Shown here piece after piece: positions 53,082 to 64,000 of a stretch of 64,000 nucleotides of DNA. The DNA lies in NCBI RefSeq assembly GCF_018350175.1, contig NC_058368.1:229836001-229900000 (forward strand), read 5' to 3'. The notes under the pieces are model-generated. The model made no database searches. It worked only from the letters and a program-made list of their open reading frames with translations, and was not told the DNA's origin. Source of the DNA: Felis catus. Lineage: Eukaryota. Each line of letters opens with the position of its first letter. The stretch's first letter is position 1. Made by a program: the position numbers and the translations under genes.

Positions 53082-53137
<56 letters not shown>

Positions 53138-53285
53138 TTATTCAGCCATGAGAAAGGAAATCCTGCCATTTGTGACAACATGGATAGGCCTTCAGGGCAT
53201 TATGTTAAGTGAAATAGGTCCGACAGAGAAAGACAAAATATGATATCACTTATGTGTGGAATGTAAAAATGATTACTCATAGGAA
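52658..53285 (+). mobile_element. LINE-1 ORF2 3' fragment with internal (GT)n
   Basis: Peptides IREVQIKTTMRYYFTP...[10 protein letters not shown] and KYYSAMRKEILPFVTTW...IMLSEI; GT microsatellite at 53084-53131. Confidence 0.9.
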
Positions 53286-55606
53286 CAGTCTAGTAAACAG
53301 AAAACAAATTGACAAAAAAAAAAGTAGGGTTATGGATTGATAGTCACCTTTTTGTAATATCCAATCATTCATCCATTTAAAATTATTTATTGATCACATG
53401 CCAGGATATTTGAACTCCCAGTGTGTATTTAATGAATATATATTCCAAAAAATAAGAGAGATTCTTTGCTATGTAACCTTCACAAGTAAAATGAAACCTC
53501 CACACACATGATTTAGATTTACTCTCTATGCAAAGTGTTACCTCTTCCTTGAAATGTGTGTTATAGTAAGGTAATTATATCATTTAAAATTACAAAATTT
53601 CTTATATGTGCGTAAATATTCAACATAATTTGGTAACTATCAAAAATTATCATGACTTCTAATTTTGTCTTATGTAATTGTTTTTCTTTTAAGGCTAGTT
53701 GATTTGTTGAAAAGATTTCTAAGTCAGTGGTAGCAACTAAAGTTGTGAAGGAGTAGTTGAAACTCTGTTCTAGAATTAAATTTAAAACACTCATTGACAG
53801 TTTCCCTGCTTTGATGAGTTAAACATGTTTTCTAAATTGGGATGCTACAGATACTTGCAGTGCAAGACTTTGTCTTTGGTTGTCCGTTGATAGTAATTCT
53901 GGAAAAAAACAAACGTGTGGTTGTTCTTTGGTATCTTGAGAAATTGTCGAGTGGCAGATACATATTTGGAATCAATATGAAGGGCAAATTGCCGTAATTT
54001 GAATGGACACTTTCAAGTACTATGAAGTGAGAGCATGTTGCAGGCCAGTGTGTGGCTGGCATTTGGGGACTTTCTGTTTCATAGATCGTGACAATCAGAG
54101 TTGGTAGTTCACAGTAGTGAAACTGTTGCGGACTGGCTTTGTGGCATGATTTTTTTTTTTTAAATTTTGGTACCAGATTTCATCATGTCAATCGGTGATT
54201 AAGTAGAAGACCTCAAAATGGAAAACTGCGTATTTGTTTAAAACGCCGTTAGAGTGTTTGAGAAAGCACACTGGTTTTCACTTGCAGGCTTAGAGGCTAT
54301 TGTTCAGCATCTTGCAAAGACACAATGTAGGGGATGGTGGTGAGTCCAGTGCCTGGGGCATTTGGCAGTGACAGCGTGTTCTGGGCAGTCGCTGTGTGTG
54401 AGCAGTACTGTATTGGGAGCTGTGCTAAGCATGCTTCTTTGAAGTTTCAGCCAGAAGAATAGTCAGTCTACCACTGAGCCTCTTTATTATAGAATGTTTT
54501 AGAACTTTTCCTCCTATTCAGGGACAGCCAAAATTTCAGGTATTGTGCCTGTTTCAATTCCTCCTCAGCTTACAGTTACTGTGATGGATCTGTAATTATA
54601 GAATCTCAGACTTTATTTCTCTGGTGTGAAGAGAAATGTCCCTCTAGCTTAGCAAACCCATGAAATTGGCTGGTGAAACATCCCTTGTAGTGTCTGAGAG
54701 AGCTAGGATGGTTATTGATTTCAGAAGTGGGTCACTGACTTTTCAGGGAAGATCAGCCCTGAAACTTTGTTTTTATCACAAGCATTAGTTTCATCAGATA
54801 CATTCCTGCTGTAAAAGGAGACAAAGGTGGAATTAGAAACATACATGGGTGGGCTACCTTTGTACGTTACGCAGGGTCATTAATTTGAATGTTTCTATTT
54901 TCATGGTCCCACGTGTGCATTTCTTCTTCTCTGCAGTCTTTCTAAACAATTCGACAATGCAAATCCCTTCCTCCTTCCTGTCACCTTCGTAACGCGAAAC
55001 TTCCTCAAGCAGTGCATTTATCATGATGAGCTGTAATGATCATATGTCTTCCAGGATTGAAAAAATCTTTTAATGTTTTTGAAATTGGGATGCTTCTTAA
55101 TGTGACTGTTGCTCCCTTTTTCCTTGAAGCCATTTGGGATGGATTTTCTGTCACTTGCAAATGAAAGCATTATTAAGTCCCAACAGCATGGCAGCTACCC
55201 CCAGCTTCCTCCGTCTCAGTGTTTCTGGTCTCGCCCTCGATGCTCCCTGATTGCCAGCCCCGGTGCTTCCTGCCTTTCCTGCCCTTCTTACCTCACTTTA
55301 TAGATCCATTCTGATCCTTTTCTCTCTGCCAGCAACCTCTGCCTTTCCAATGTCCACCAGTCAAGCCACTGTCTTCTCTCTGCTTGTCCCTTCACTCAGG
55401 TTTGGGCACCCCGATCATGGTTGAGGAATCTGTGAGATCCCACTCTTAGCTTCTTGCCTGTCGGGATCTGACCTTATCTCTAGGTGGCTGAAGCACCTGC
55501 CCTCATTTCCCCTCCAGATTATAAGCGTGGCTGGGACAGGAGGGGCAAGTACACACCGTCATCTGCAGGCCCCTTTTCCAGAAGCACTGCCTTTTCAGTA
55601 CTTCTT

Positions 55607-55822
55607 AAAATGTTTTATTTATTTATTTTGAGAGAGAGAGAGAGAGAGCGAGCATGAATGAGTGGGGGAGGGGCAGAGCGAGCAGGGGAGAGAGAATCCA
55701 AGCAGGGTCCGTGCTGTCAGGACAGAGCCCAACGCGGGGCTCGAACTCATGAACCGTGAGATCATGACCTGAGCGGAAATCCAGAGTCAGACGCTTGACC
55801 GACTGACCCAACCAGGCGCCCC
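55607..55822 (-). mobile_element. Can-SINE
   Basis: Reverse body with gcggggctcgaactcatgaaccgtgagatcatgacctgagc ... caggcgcccc. Confidence 0.92.
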
Positions 55823-56679
55823 ACCAAAACTTTTTAAAGAAAGATAAATTGCTGACATAATGTCATTTATAATGTCATAATATCATAGGTGAAAATGCCT
55901 GAGATCATGCTTTAGGAAACAGGACCGTGAGACACCCAGGGAAGACCCTCTCCTGTCCTCACTGACCTCATTTTGGTAGAACTCGGCTGATTGTACGACT
56001 GTCCCAAGCGTGAGCCCTGCCATTCCTCCTTGCTCTCCAGTCTCTACAGAAGCTTTCTTTCTAACTTCAGACACAATTTATGTCACCAAGAATACTATTC
56101 AGGTGGGCCCTAAGTCTGTGGCACTGTTTAGGTTGGTCCCATCCTCCTCAACGAAGTGGACTTTTGACTCTCTCTGTTGTTATGTCCAACTTCCTACCGT
56201 TCCCACTTGTCTGCACACACAGGTAGGACACGCATCCCCTTGTGTTCGACATGTGACTCTAACACTCAGATCCCGTGTCTCTCCGCTCTGCCGTCCTGTC
56301 TTCCACTGTAGGGACGAGGGACCTCATGCCTCTGATTCCTTGAGCAGCCTCTTATTCTTCACCCCAAATTATCAGATAGAATAGGACATTTCCCTACCTC
56401 CTGGTTTTGCCTGGTAGTTGCATATTCTGTTTATGGCTCACTACTCCTTCTTCCTTGCTTGGTGCTTTCCATAAATATTGCCAGATTCCATTTGCAAGTT
56501 GGGAGTTGTAGCATCCAGTCCCGGAAGCTCCAGATCCCGCTTAATTGATGGTTCTGCCTAAGAAGCCAGCAACCCTGGGTGTATGTTCTCTGGCATTTGA
56601 CTGAGGAAAGGCATGCACTTGTCCTAATAAGGTTGAGAAAAAGCAGCTTTCTTGAGTCAAAATTAAAAAGTGTCATTTC

Positions 56680-56890
56680 AGGGACATCGCGGTGGCTCAG
56701 TCGGTTAAGTGTCTGCTCAGGTCATGATCTCACGTTTCCTGAGATTGAGCCCCATGTCAGGCTCTGCACTGTGTGTGCAGAGCCTGCTTGGGATTCTCTC
56801 TCTCCCTCTCTCTCTCCCTCATTCTTTCCCTCTCTGCCCTTTCCCCACTCGCACTGTCTCTCTCAAAATAAACATAAATAGACTTAAAAT
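56680..56890 (+). mobile_element. Can-SINE with TSD
   Basis: gggacatcgcggtggctcagtcggttaag head; flanked by aaaa(a/t)gtgtcatttca. Confidence 0.92.
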
Positions 56891-57170
56891 AAAATGTGTC
56901 ATTTCAAACACCATTCAGAGAAGTGTTCCTTATACAAAGCCCATTTTACTTATGTTACATGCTCTACTAAGCAACCATTATTGATTTTGCACTAATAGTT
57001 CATACATTACCTCAACAAATATTTATTGACTGGCTGCTATATATTAGATACTGAGCCAGATACAGGGAATTGAAATAGACCAAGAAGGATTGAGTTTCTG
57101 CTCTAATTATGTTGAGTTTTGACAGCTATTTATTATATTGTGTATGTTATTAGGACAAGCTGTGATTTTT

Positions 57171-57375
57171 AAAAAAAAATTTTTAATGTTTATTTTTGAG
57201 AGAGAGAGAGCATGAGCAGCGGAGGGGCAGAGAGAGGGAGACGTAGAATCCGAAGCAGGCTCCATGCTCTGAGTTGTCAGCACAGAGCCCGACGCAGGGC
57301 TTCATCTCACAGACCGCGAGATCATGACCTGAGCCGAAGTCGGACGCTTAACTGACTGAGCCACCCAGGTGCTCC
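57171..57375 (-). mobile_element. Can-SINE
   Basis: Reverse body with gaccgcgagatcatgacctgagccgaagtcggacgcttaac; flanked by similar aggac(a/g)agctgt. Confidence 0.92.
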
Positions 57376-57727
57376 AGGACGAGCTGTATTTCAAAACTTC
57401 TCTTTGAAAGGAAGAAACAGGGATGGATATATTTTTATGCGTGAAGAGTGCATCTGAGAACAATGCTGTGCCTATTTCTCTGGGCCGTGACCTATCAGTT
57501 GCAAATACAGAATTGTGGTCTTGGTGATCAGAGTGATTACACAAATGAGGTGCTCGGTATTGTTTTTCATGTCACTAGTTTGTACGAATCGACACATTCT
57601 CTGCAACCTAATGTTAATAATATGCTTATGCTGATTCTTCGGTTTTACATGATCTCTTACATGTCACCTGTGGAGTGGAAGGTTATAAAAATCGCATATA
57701 TATTCAATTTAAATACCACATGGGGGT

Positions 57728-57920
57728 GGGGTCCAACTGAGTGGTTCAGTCGGTTAAGCATCTGACTTGGCTTGGGTCATGATCTCATGGTTCATGGGTG
57801 GGAGCCATGCGTCAGGCTCCATGCTGATGGTGCAGAGCCTGCTTGGGATTCTTTCTCCCTTTCTGGCTGCCCCTCCCCTGCTCTGTCTCTCTCTCTCAAA
57901 AATAAATAAATATTTAAAAC
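57728..57920 (+). mobile_element. Can-SINE
   Basis: gagtggttcagtcggttaagc...ggtcatgatctcatggttcatg...gcagagcctgcttgggattct...aaaataaataaa. Confidence 0.88.
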
Positions 57921-58066
57921 ATCAAATTGGATACATAAATGCGTATTTGTTTATATATATATATATATTTAAATTTGTGTATGTATGTATATACATATAT
58001 ATGACTTTATTTTAAGAGGTCATCAAGAACTTAAGCAGTTCTTATATAAGCAGTTCTTAAGCAGTT

Positions 58067-58071
<5 letters not shown>

Positions 58072-58135
<64 letters not shown>
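58072..58135. repeat. Compound (TG)n(AG)n microsatellite
   Basis: Direct TG run abutting an AG run. Confidence 0.95.
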
Positions 58136-58137
<2 letters not shown>

Positions 58138-58937
58138 ATTTTTGGCGTATTGTAATGGCCAGTTTCCTTCCTCACTGGGCTGCAACCATAATGGAGAATG
58201 ATGAAAGTGAGGCCTAAGGATAGGCAAAGCTACAAGTCAGTCTGTTTTGTTTCGTACTTTAGAAGATAGGATCAAGAACAGGGTGGGGCACTGTCTTGAA
58301 GAGGGTGGGACATGTGAGGGAAGGAAATAACTTTAGGTGTGGCCACATATGCATGGGATGCATTTGTTAGTTTGGTGTGAGGGTCAAGGAAGTTAAAGTC
58401 TAAAAGTCTTAAGTTGAAGCCATTGACTAAAGCCAAAGGAAGATGAGGAGAATTCTAGAAATTTCTAGCAATTCTAAAGTAAAAGATAAAAAGGGACCTT
58501 CCTGAAGAAAAGGAAAAGGAGAGAAAATGATTTGATAAGCAATGTTTAGAAATCATCAATCTCTACATTACCTAATACATATCAAAGTGTAGTTTCTGGC
58601 TTGTGCTGGTCTCAACTACCCAGATGTTAACAGCAAAGAAAAATCATTGATCGATGCATTTTGGGTTGTAAGTTTATATGCCAGGTCACCTTCCATTTTC
58701 TCAAATATGTTTTACCCACAGTGTCAGCATTTTGGCTAGTGGCCAGTCACTCAGACCAAACCCTGGAATCATCTAGACTCTTCTCTCTTTGCCTCACTAT
58801 TGCATGCAACCTGTCAGTAATCCTGACAGTTCTCCCTTCAAAATATGTTTATAAGCTGATCCTTTTTCATCACCTGTTCCCAAGGACTGAAGCTACAGAT
58901 AAAAGATTACATCAAGGCATTGACTGTTGGGTATAGA

Positions 58938-59130
58938 TCAAGGCCATCAATAGAACTTTCTGCAGTGATGGAAATCTACACTTTTACTATCCACTACAGT
59001 AGCCACTGGCCACATGTGGCTATTGAGCACTAGAAATGTGAACACCGTAACTAGTAAACTGGCTTCTTAATATTATTGAGACTTAAATAGCTATATGTTG
59101 GTAGAGGCTACCATATTGGACAGTGCAAGT
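58938..59130. mobile_element. MER3-like hAT-Charlie MITE
   Basis: caatagaactttctgcagtgatggaaat...gtagccactggccacatgtggctattgagcact...ggctaccatattggacagtgca. Confidence 0.82.
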
Positions 59131-59504
59131 CTAGCTAATGAAATAAGTTTTGAGTCCCACAGTATGCAAGGGATTTGGAGATTCTGGAATTTGAAGTAGG
59201 TGGGACCTGCAGCCTGGGAGAAGAAAGAAACAGGTCTCTATGACAACACAGTGTGAGGGCCTTGTAGTGACAGAATGAGAGGGCACTTGAAAGGATGAGA
59301 GGTCAAGGGTTATAGACAGAGGGTAGCCAGTTCAAGAGGAGCAATGACCTCATCGTGGCCAAAGGGGCTTATTGCTGAATCAGAGAGGAGGAATCAAGTA
59401 ACAGTGGCATGAGAAGACTAGGTGGCTCATTGAATTAGATGATGGTGTGACACCAGAATCCATCAGTTAATTTTTTGAAGATGGCCATATCTGATGTCAA
59501 AGTC

Positions 59505-59904
59505 TGTTGGTTTGCAAACTGGAGCCCATACTCAAGGGCAGGGAGAGACTGAAGAAGGCAGCAGACCACTCTAGACTGGTAGGTGGCAGGTTTAATAAAC
59601 AAGAGAACTTATTTACAAGGCTCACCTTGGGTGGCTATGGGACAAGTAGATTTCTGTACTGCCCACTGGCCAGAATCTTAAAAGTTTCTATAGGCCTTAA
59701 CTGGGTTCAGTCACATACCTTAACACCACATTTCTACCACCAGGCTATATTCTTAGAAAAGCTTCTGGGAGTGGGGAAGGTGAGCAGACATGCATTCATT
59801 CCAAGGACAGGGGAGGGAGTATGGAGCCTGTAGTTGGCCGGATCCAGCTTAAGGGTTAACTGGTTTTCAAGAACTATTTAAGTTCTTGATGACCTCCTCC
59901 AGTA
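59505..59904 (-). mobile_element. Solo LTR, 400 bp, 5-bp TSD (ERVL/MaLR-class TSD length; family unnamed)
   Basis: Termini tgttgg ... ccagta (decayed ccaaca); TSD aagtc at 59500-59504 and 59905-59909; minus-strand ATTAAA poly(A) signal near 59591-59596. Confidence 0.8.
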
Positions 59905-60552
59905 AAGTCATCGGTTGCTGGGCAGCAGTGACTAAAGAAGGAACGAGTTTGAATACTTACAAAATGTAAAATAAGAATTTTATTTTCTTTTTGTGTGATG
60001 GAGGTCAATAAAAGATAGCGTTGAATGTGGTCCTTGAATTGAGAGCAGGAGAATTTGGCCTTCTAAAGTGCACGTAAGATTACAACATGTACGTTTATAT
60101 CCCAAACTCATGTTTGGGAAATGAAAGTTTAGAATATTTATTTGGACCTCATGAAATCTTATTACTTACGGTCATAAGAGTTCATATTGGGAAGGATGCT
60201 CTGTATATGAGGGCTGCCTGCTTTTGGTATTTTTCTCATCCCAGCCAACTTTGCTGAATTTCTTGTTGCACCATCTGTGAAAGTCCCATGGAGGTTCTTA
60301 AGGTAGTGTTTTGTTCCATAGGCTTACTTCACACCAGTGGGGCACAGCCCTCTTACAAGCTTTGGTTTATCCAGGTTGCTGATTTGAAGCAGCACATGCC
60401 TTTTCCTGACACCTGTAGTTCATCTTGGACGTAGGTGTCCGCAGAGAGGACGTATCAATAATACGTGCCATTACTGGCCTGCTAACATCAGTTCCCCGGT
60501 GCCCCCATACTCGCCTCCCGGGGGAGGTAAGAGAAAGAAGCTGAGAACATCC

Positions 60553-60932
60553 AACCCCAGGCTGCCATAATAAGATGCCACAGACAGAGGGGCTTCAGCA
60601 GCAGAAATATATTTTCTTTCAGTTCTAGAGGCCAGAAGTCCAAGATCGAAGTGTTGGCTTATGTTTTTGCTGAGAATGCTCTTTTTGGCTGCTCGCTTCT
60701 CTCTGTGTCCTCACAAGGTGGAAAGAGCTCTGGTCTTTTCCTCTTTTTTGTAAGGGCAACAGTTCCACCCTTAGAAGCCCCACCCTCGTAACTGCATTTA
60801 ACCTAAATTACCTCCCTGAAGGCCCCATGTCCAAATATGGTCACCTTGGGCATTAGGGCTTCAGCATATGGATTTGGGGCAGAGGTGGGGCCAGGGATGG
60901 GGGTATGAGTCAACGCAGGTGAGTCCGTAACA
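60553..60932 (-). mobile_element. MaLR solo LTR (MLT1A-like)
   Basis: ggctgccataataagatgccacagac...cagttctagaggccagaagtccaagatc...taacctaaattacctccc...ggtcaccttgggcattagggcttcagcatatggattt. Confidence 0.83.
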
Positions 60933-63900
60933 CTCATGCATGTGCAGGTATAGCACAGCACGACTTGTGGTTTTGTATTTTCTGGACATAGAACTTGTTA
61001 GTACCCAGTTCTGCTAGAGAACAAACCCACTAACATGTGACAGTATCTGTCCCTCATTATTGTCCCTTTTTCTCCTGTCGAAGATGCTTCCGTCTAAAAT
61101 GTAGTTTAGGTATTTGCCGATTAGCATGTGACTAGCGATAGAAAGACTTCCTACACAGTCGTTGTATAAAGAGAATAAAAGGTGTTGTACGTAGGATCAA
61201 GAAATCTGTGGGAAAATCTGCACTGTACTTGTTGCCAAAGAGAAAAAAAAACCAAAGGGATGCATTTTTCTATATCAAATTGGTAAAAGCAGGAGAAGAT
61301 AATAGAGGCCAGTCTTGTTCACATTGCGGGGAGGGGACATTCTCATGGGCAGATATGTTGAACCAGCCTGGCGGCAGGGAAACTCGTTCTGGCTCTCCAA
61401 AGTCTGAAACCTGCACTGGTTCCTCATTCCATCAACACCACTTTATCTATTGAAAATGTCACAGACATAACAGTAGGGTAAAAGTTACAAATAAGAGATA
61501 GTAAATTATGATGCCTTATGAATGCTAAGTATTCGTGACATTTTAAAACTGTAGAATAATTTTGGTTGACATAAGACACAGTTCATGCTATGATGGTGAA
61601 CAAAGTTTAAAAACACATCGAGAATATTACATTAGGACTCCATTATGTAACACTCATTACATAGAATGTGTTCAATCAGAAAAAAACATTCTTTCAGAGA
61701 AGCCTAAACCAATACGCCAACGTAAAGACACTTATCTCGGGTGGCAGAATTACTAAGGATAGCTCTTCCTTGGTGTTGGGTTTTTTTTTCCTTTCTTATT
61801 GTCTCTCTACATTTTCCAGATTTCCTGGATTTAACACAGAATATCTCCTCATTTTGGTGGATTAGTTCTAATTAAAACTAAAGCACTTGGCGATTTACTG
61901 CCAAGTCAGAAGGCTTAAAGCTTTTTACACTCACCATTAGGCAGTCCACAGCTTGGTTGCGGTAGTCTTCACGTGGCCCCGCCTCTCTTCTTGTGCTGTG
62001 AGCTAAAAGGATTAGCAGTGGAGGTCGGGCAGTCTTACTCATGCACAGGGATGGCCAAGGTCGAATTAGATCTGGGTGTGAAAAATCAGGAGCCATGGAA
62101 ATGATTCCCAGTCATTTCCATTCAGGCACAATGGCTAGCCGTGACTCTGGATGGTGGGCCTTGAAGGCCTTGAAGCATTCACTTTTTTTCTGTCGTTGCT
62201 GTAAGGAGAAAGGGGGGGAAGTAAACAGACTTAACTATTCCTTACAGTGTGTGGGTCAGAGTTGTCCGGTGCCTGAAGATTTACCTTGACTCAATGCCTA
62301 TTAAATCCCACATTTTATTATGACAGGTTACCCTCCTACTTTTAAGAGTAACATTTTAGAGAAATTGGTGTGTAGACTAGCATTTATGAGGCAGCACCAC
62401 AGGTAATGGGAAATAGGCCAATGCATCACAGGACTCTAAAATAGGAATAAAGAGGGAGAAAACCCGGGTTCTAGGCCCAATTATATAAATAACTTAGAGA
62501 CTTTAGACAATTTCTTTGTCAAAAAATATATTGATAATAATGCTGGTCCAAAACCTAGATTCTCATGGGCCTGACAAAATTTGGAAAACATGAAAGTTAA
62601 AATAATTTAAAATATGTAAGACTCATCCTTTCCCATCTTGAGGGCATCCCCTTTGGAAGAGGTAGAGTCCCCTTTGGACGCCAGTGACATGGATACAGGC
62701 GGAGATGCAAGGCTGGGGAGGGGGGTGACTTTGCATGTAAGAACTGCCATTTTCCTTTCTTCTTGCTTTCTGCCCTCCCCCCCCCCCCTTCCCCCATTCT
62801 CACACTTTTCCTAATTAGAAGGGCTTGGCTTCCAGGCTCTGTTACCTGGGCACAACATTTGTTGATCTGTTTATCTAAATCCTTGTAATTATAAGGCTTG
62901 ATCAAACAGGATACTACGTGTGAAAGCAAGTGGAATATAAAACTGTGCTTTATTATTACCTTCTCAACCCCACCACCATAATTATTTAAATCACTTTCTT
63001 TCATCTTGTTAGTATCCATCACCTAAAATACCTTCTGCTTTTTAGCCATGGTTATGTTTTGCCAAACTATGTTTAACTTGATCTTTACTCTTTGCTCGAA
63101 TCTTGCTTGCAGATATTATTTTCCCGAAATCTCCTATAAATTCTGTTTGTAACCGATTTATCTTTCCAGTGCTATTCTAATCGTCGTTGATATTATTATT
63201 ACAATTTTTACTTAAAAAATGACAACAAATCAAAACTAATTTGGAAAGTCCAGTGAAAAAATTAGATGACCACCTTTTTCATACATTTCAAGGAACATTC
63301 GATAATAGAACCTGTTTCAGATAGCATAGCCCTAGTTAATAACTGCTAGCAAATATAGATAATATCACAGTGCAAGGGTTCCTATGAAAATGATGTTGTT
63401 GACTGGAAAACCCAGGCTGCTCAGATACAGTAGAACAGGAAATACTCTAACATTCACATAGCACTGGTTCCCAGAGGGGCATGTGATATGATAGTTCGAG
63501 GCAAGAAAACCACCTTTATTTACTCCCAGACTTTTATTTGAATAGTGGTTTTGTAGTGCTCTGGTAAAAATTGTCATTGGTTAATTATTATTTCCCCTGC
63601 TGATGAGCACTGCTAGATTATATATATAATAAGTACTTTAGTCTTATTTATTTGTTAGGGAAAGATAACGGGAAAAAATAACTTTCGGGATGCTGTTTTT
63701 AACCTGTACAATGGTGTCCATTTATGAATCGAGCTGATGTTATTTGAGTTTCTTCTTTCTTTTATAAACTCAGAAAAAATAAACTGTGGCAAATGAGCCT
63801 TGGCAGCTTTAAAAAGCTTTCATCTGCCGTAGGTCACAGAGAGGGAACTTGGTAAATATTTGTGGAGTGGGCTAGGTATTTAGTATTCACAGTACTAATC

Positions 63901-64000
63901 TTCTTATGTTAATTCATGAATTCCCTTAATTATTTCTAAATTATTGATCATTTATTTTTGTGATTTCCTTATAAAGGGGAATATTGAATAGATTTTCTTT

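Noticed and set aside
1..64000. CRISPR array, operon, provirus or other novel multi-gene system
   Set aside because: No regularly spaced repeat-spacer array, no gag/pol/env sequence or paired LTRs, and no gene-dense coding structure. The content is typical of felid non-coding DNA.

Overview
This is mammalian non-coding DNA, almost certainly from a felid (cat lineage), judged from the carnivore tRNA-derived Can-SINEs of the feline type and the feline-type L1 3' ends. It is intronic or intergenic and dominated by repeats: about 21 Can-SINEs, many 5'-truncated or rearranged LINE-1 pieces, MaLR/ERVL-class solo LTRs, MER-type DNA-transposon relics, MIR/L2 fossils and microsatellites. No recognisable cellular protein-coding gene, RNA gene or intact autonomous element is present. 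The ORFs with recognisable content are L1 ORF2 remnants, SINE read-throughs or microsatellite artefacts; the rest match nothing I recognise. I see no support for a new multi-gene biological system. The best observations are: (1) a 5'-inverted L1 carrying a 102-bp 3' transduction of an LTR poly(A) region, with a solo LTR of the same family elsewhere in the window; (2) a 26/28-nt inverted copy linking that solo LTR to a site 1.85 kb upstream; (3) a candidate 18-nt + strand microexon followed by RBFOX and QKI-type motifs; (4) nested retroelement insertions, one flanked by a 40-bp diverged duplication. Repeat family names come from recall of consensus motifs, not a database search, and boundaries of old elements are approximate.
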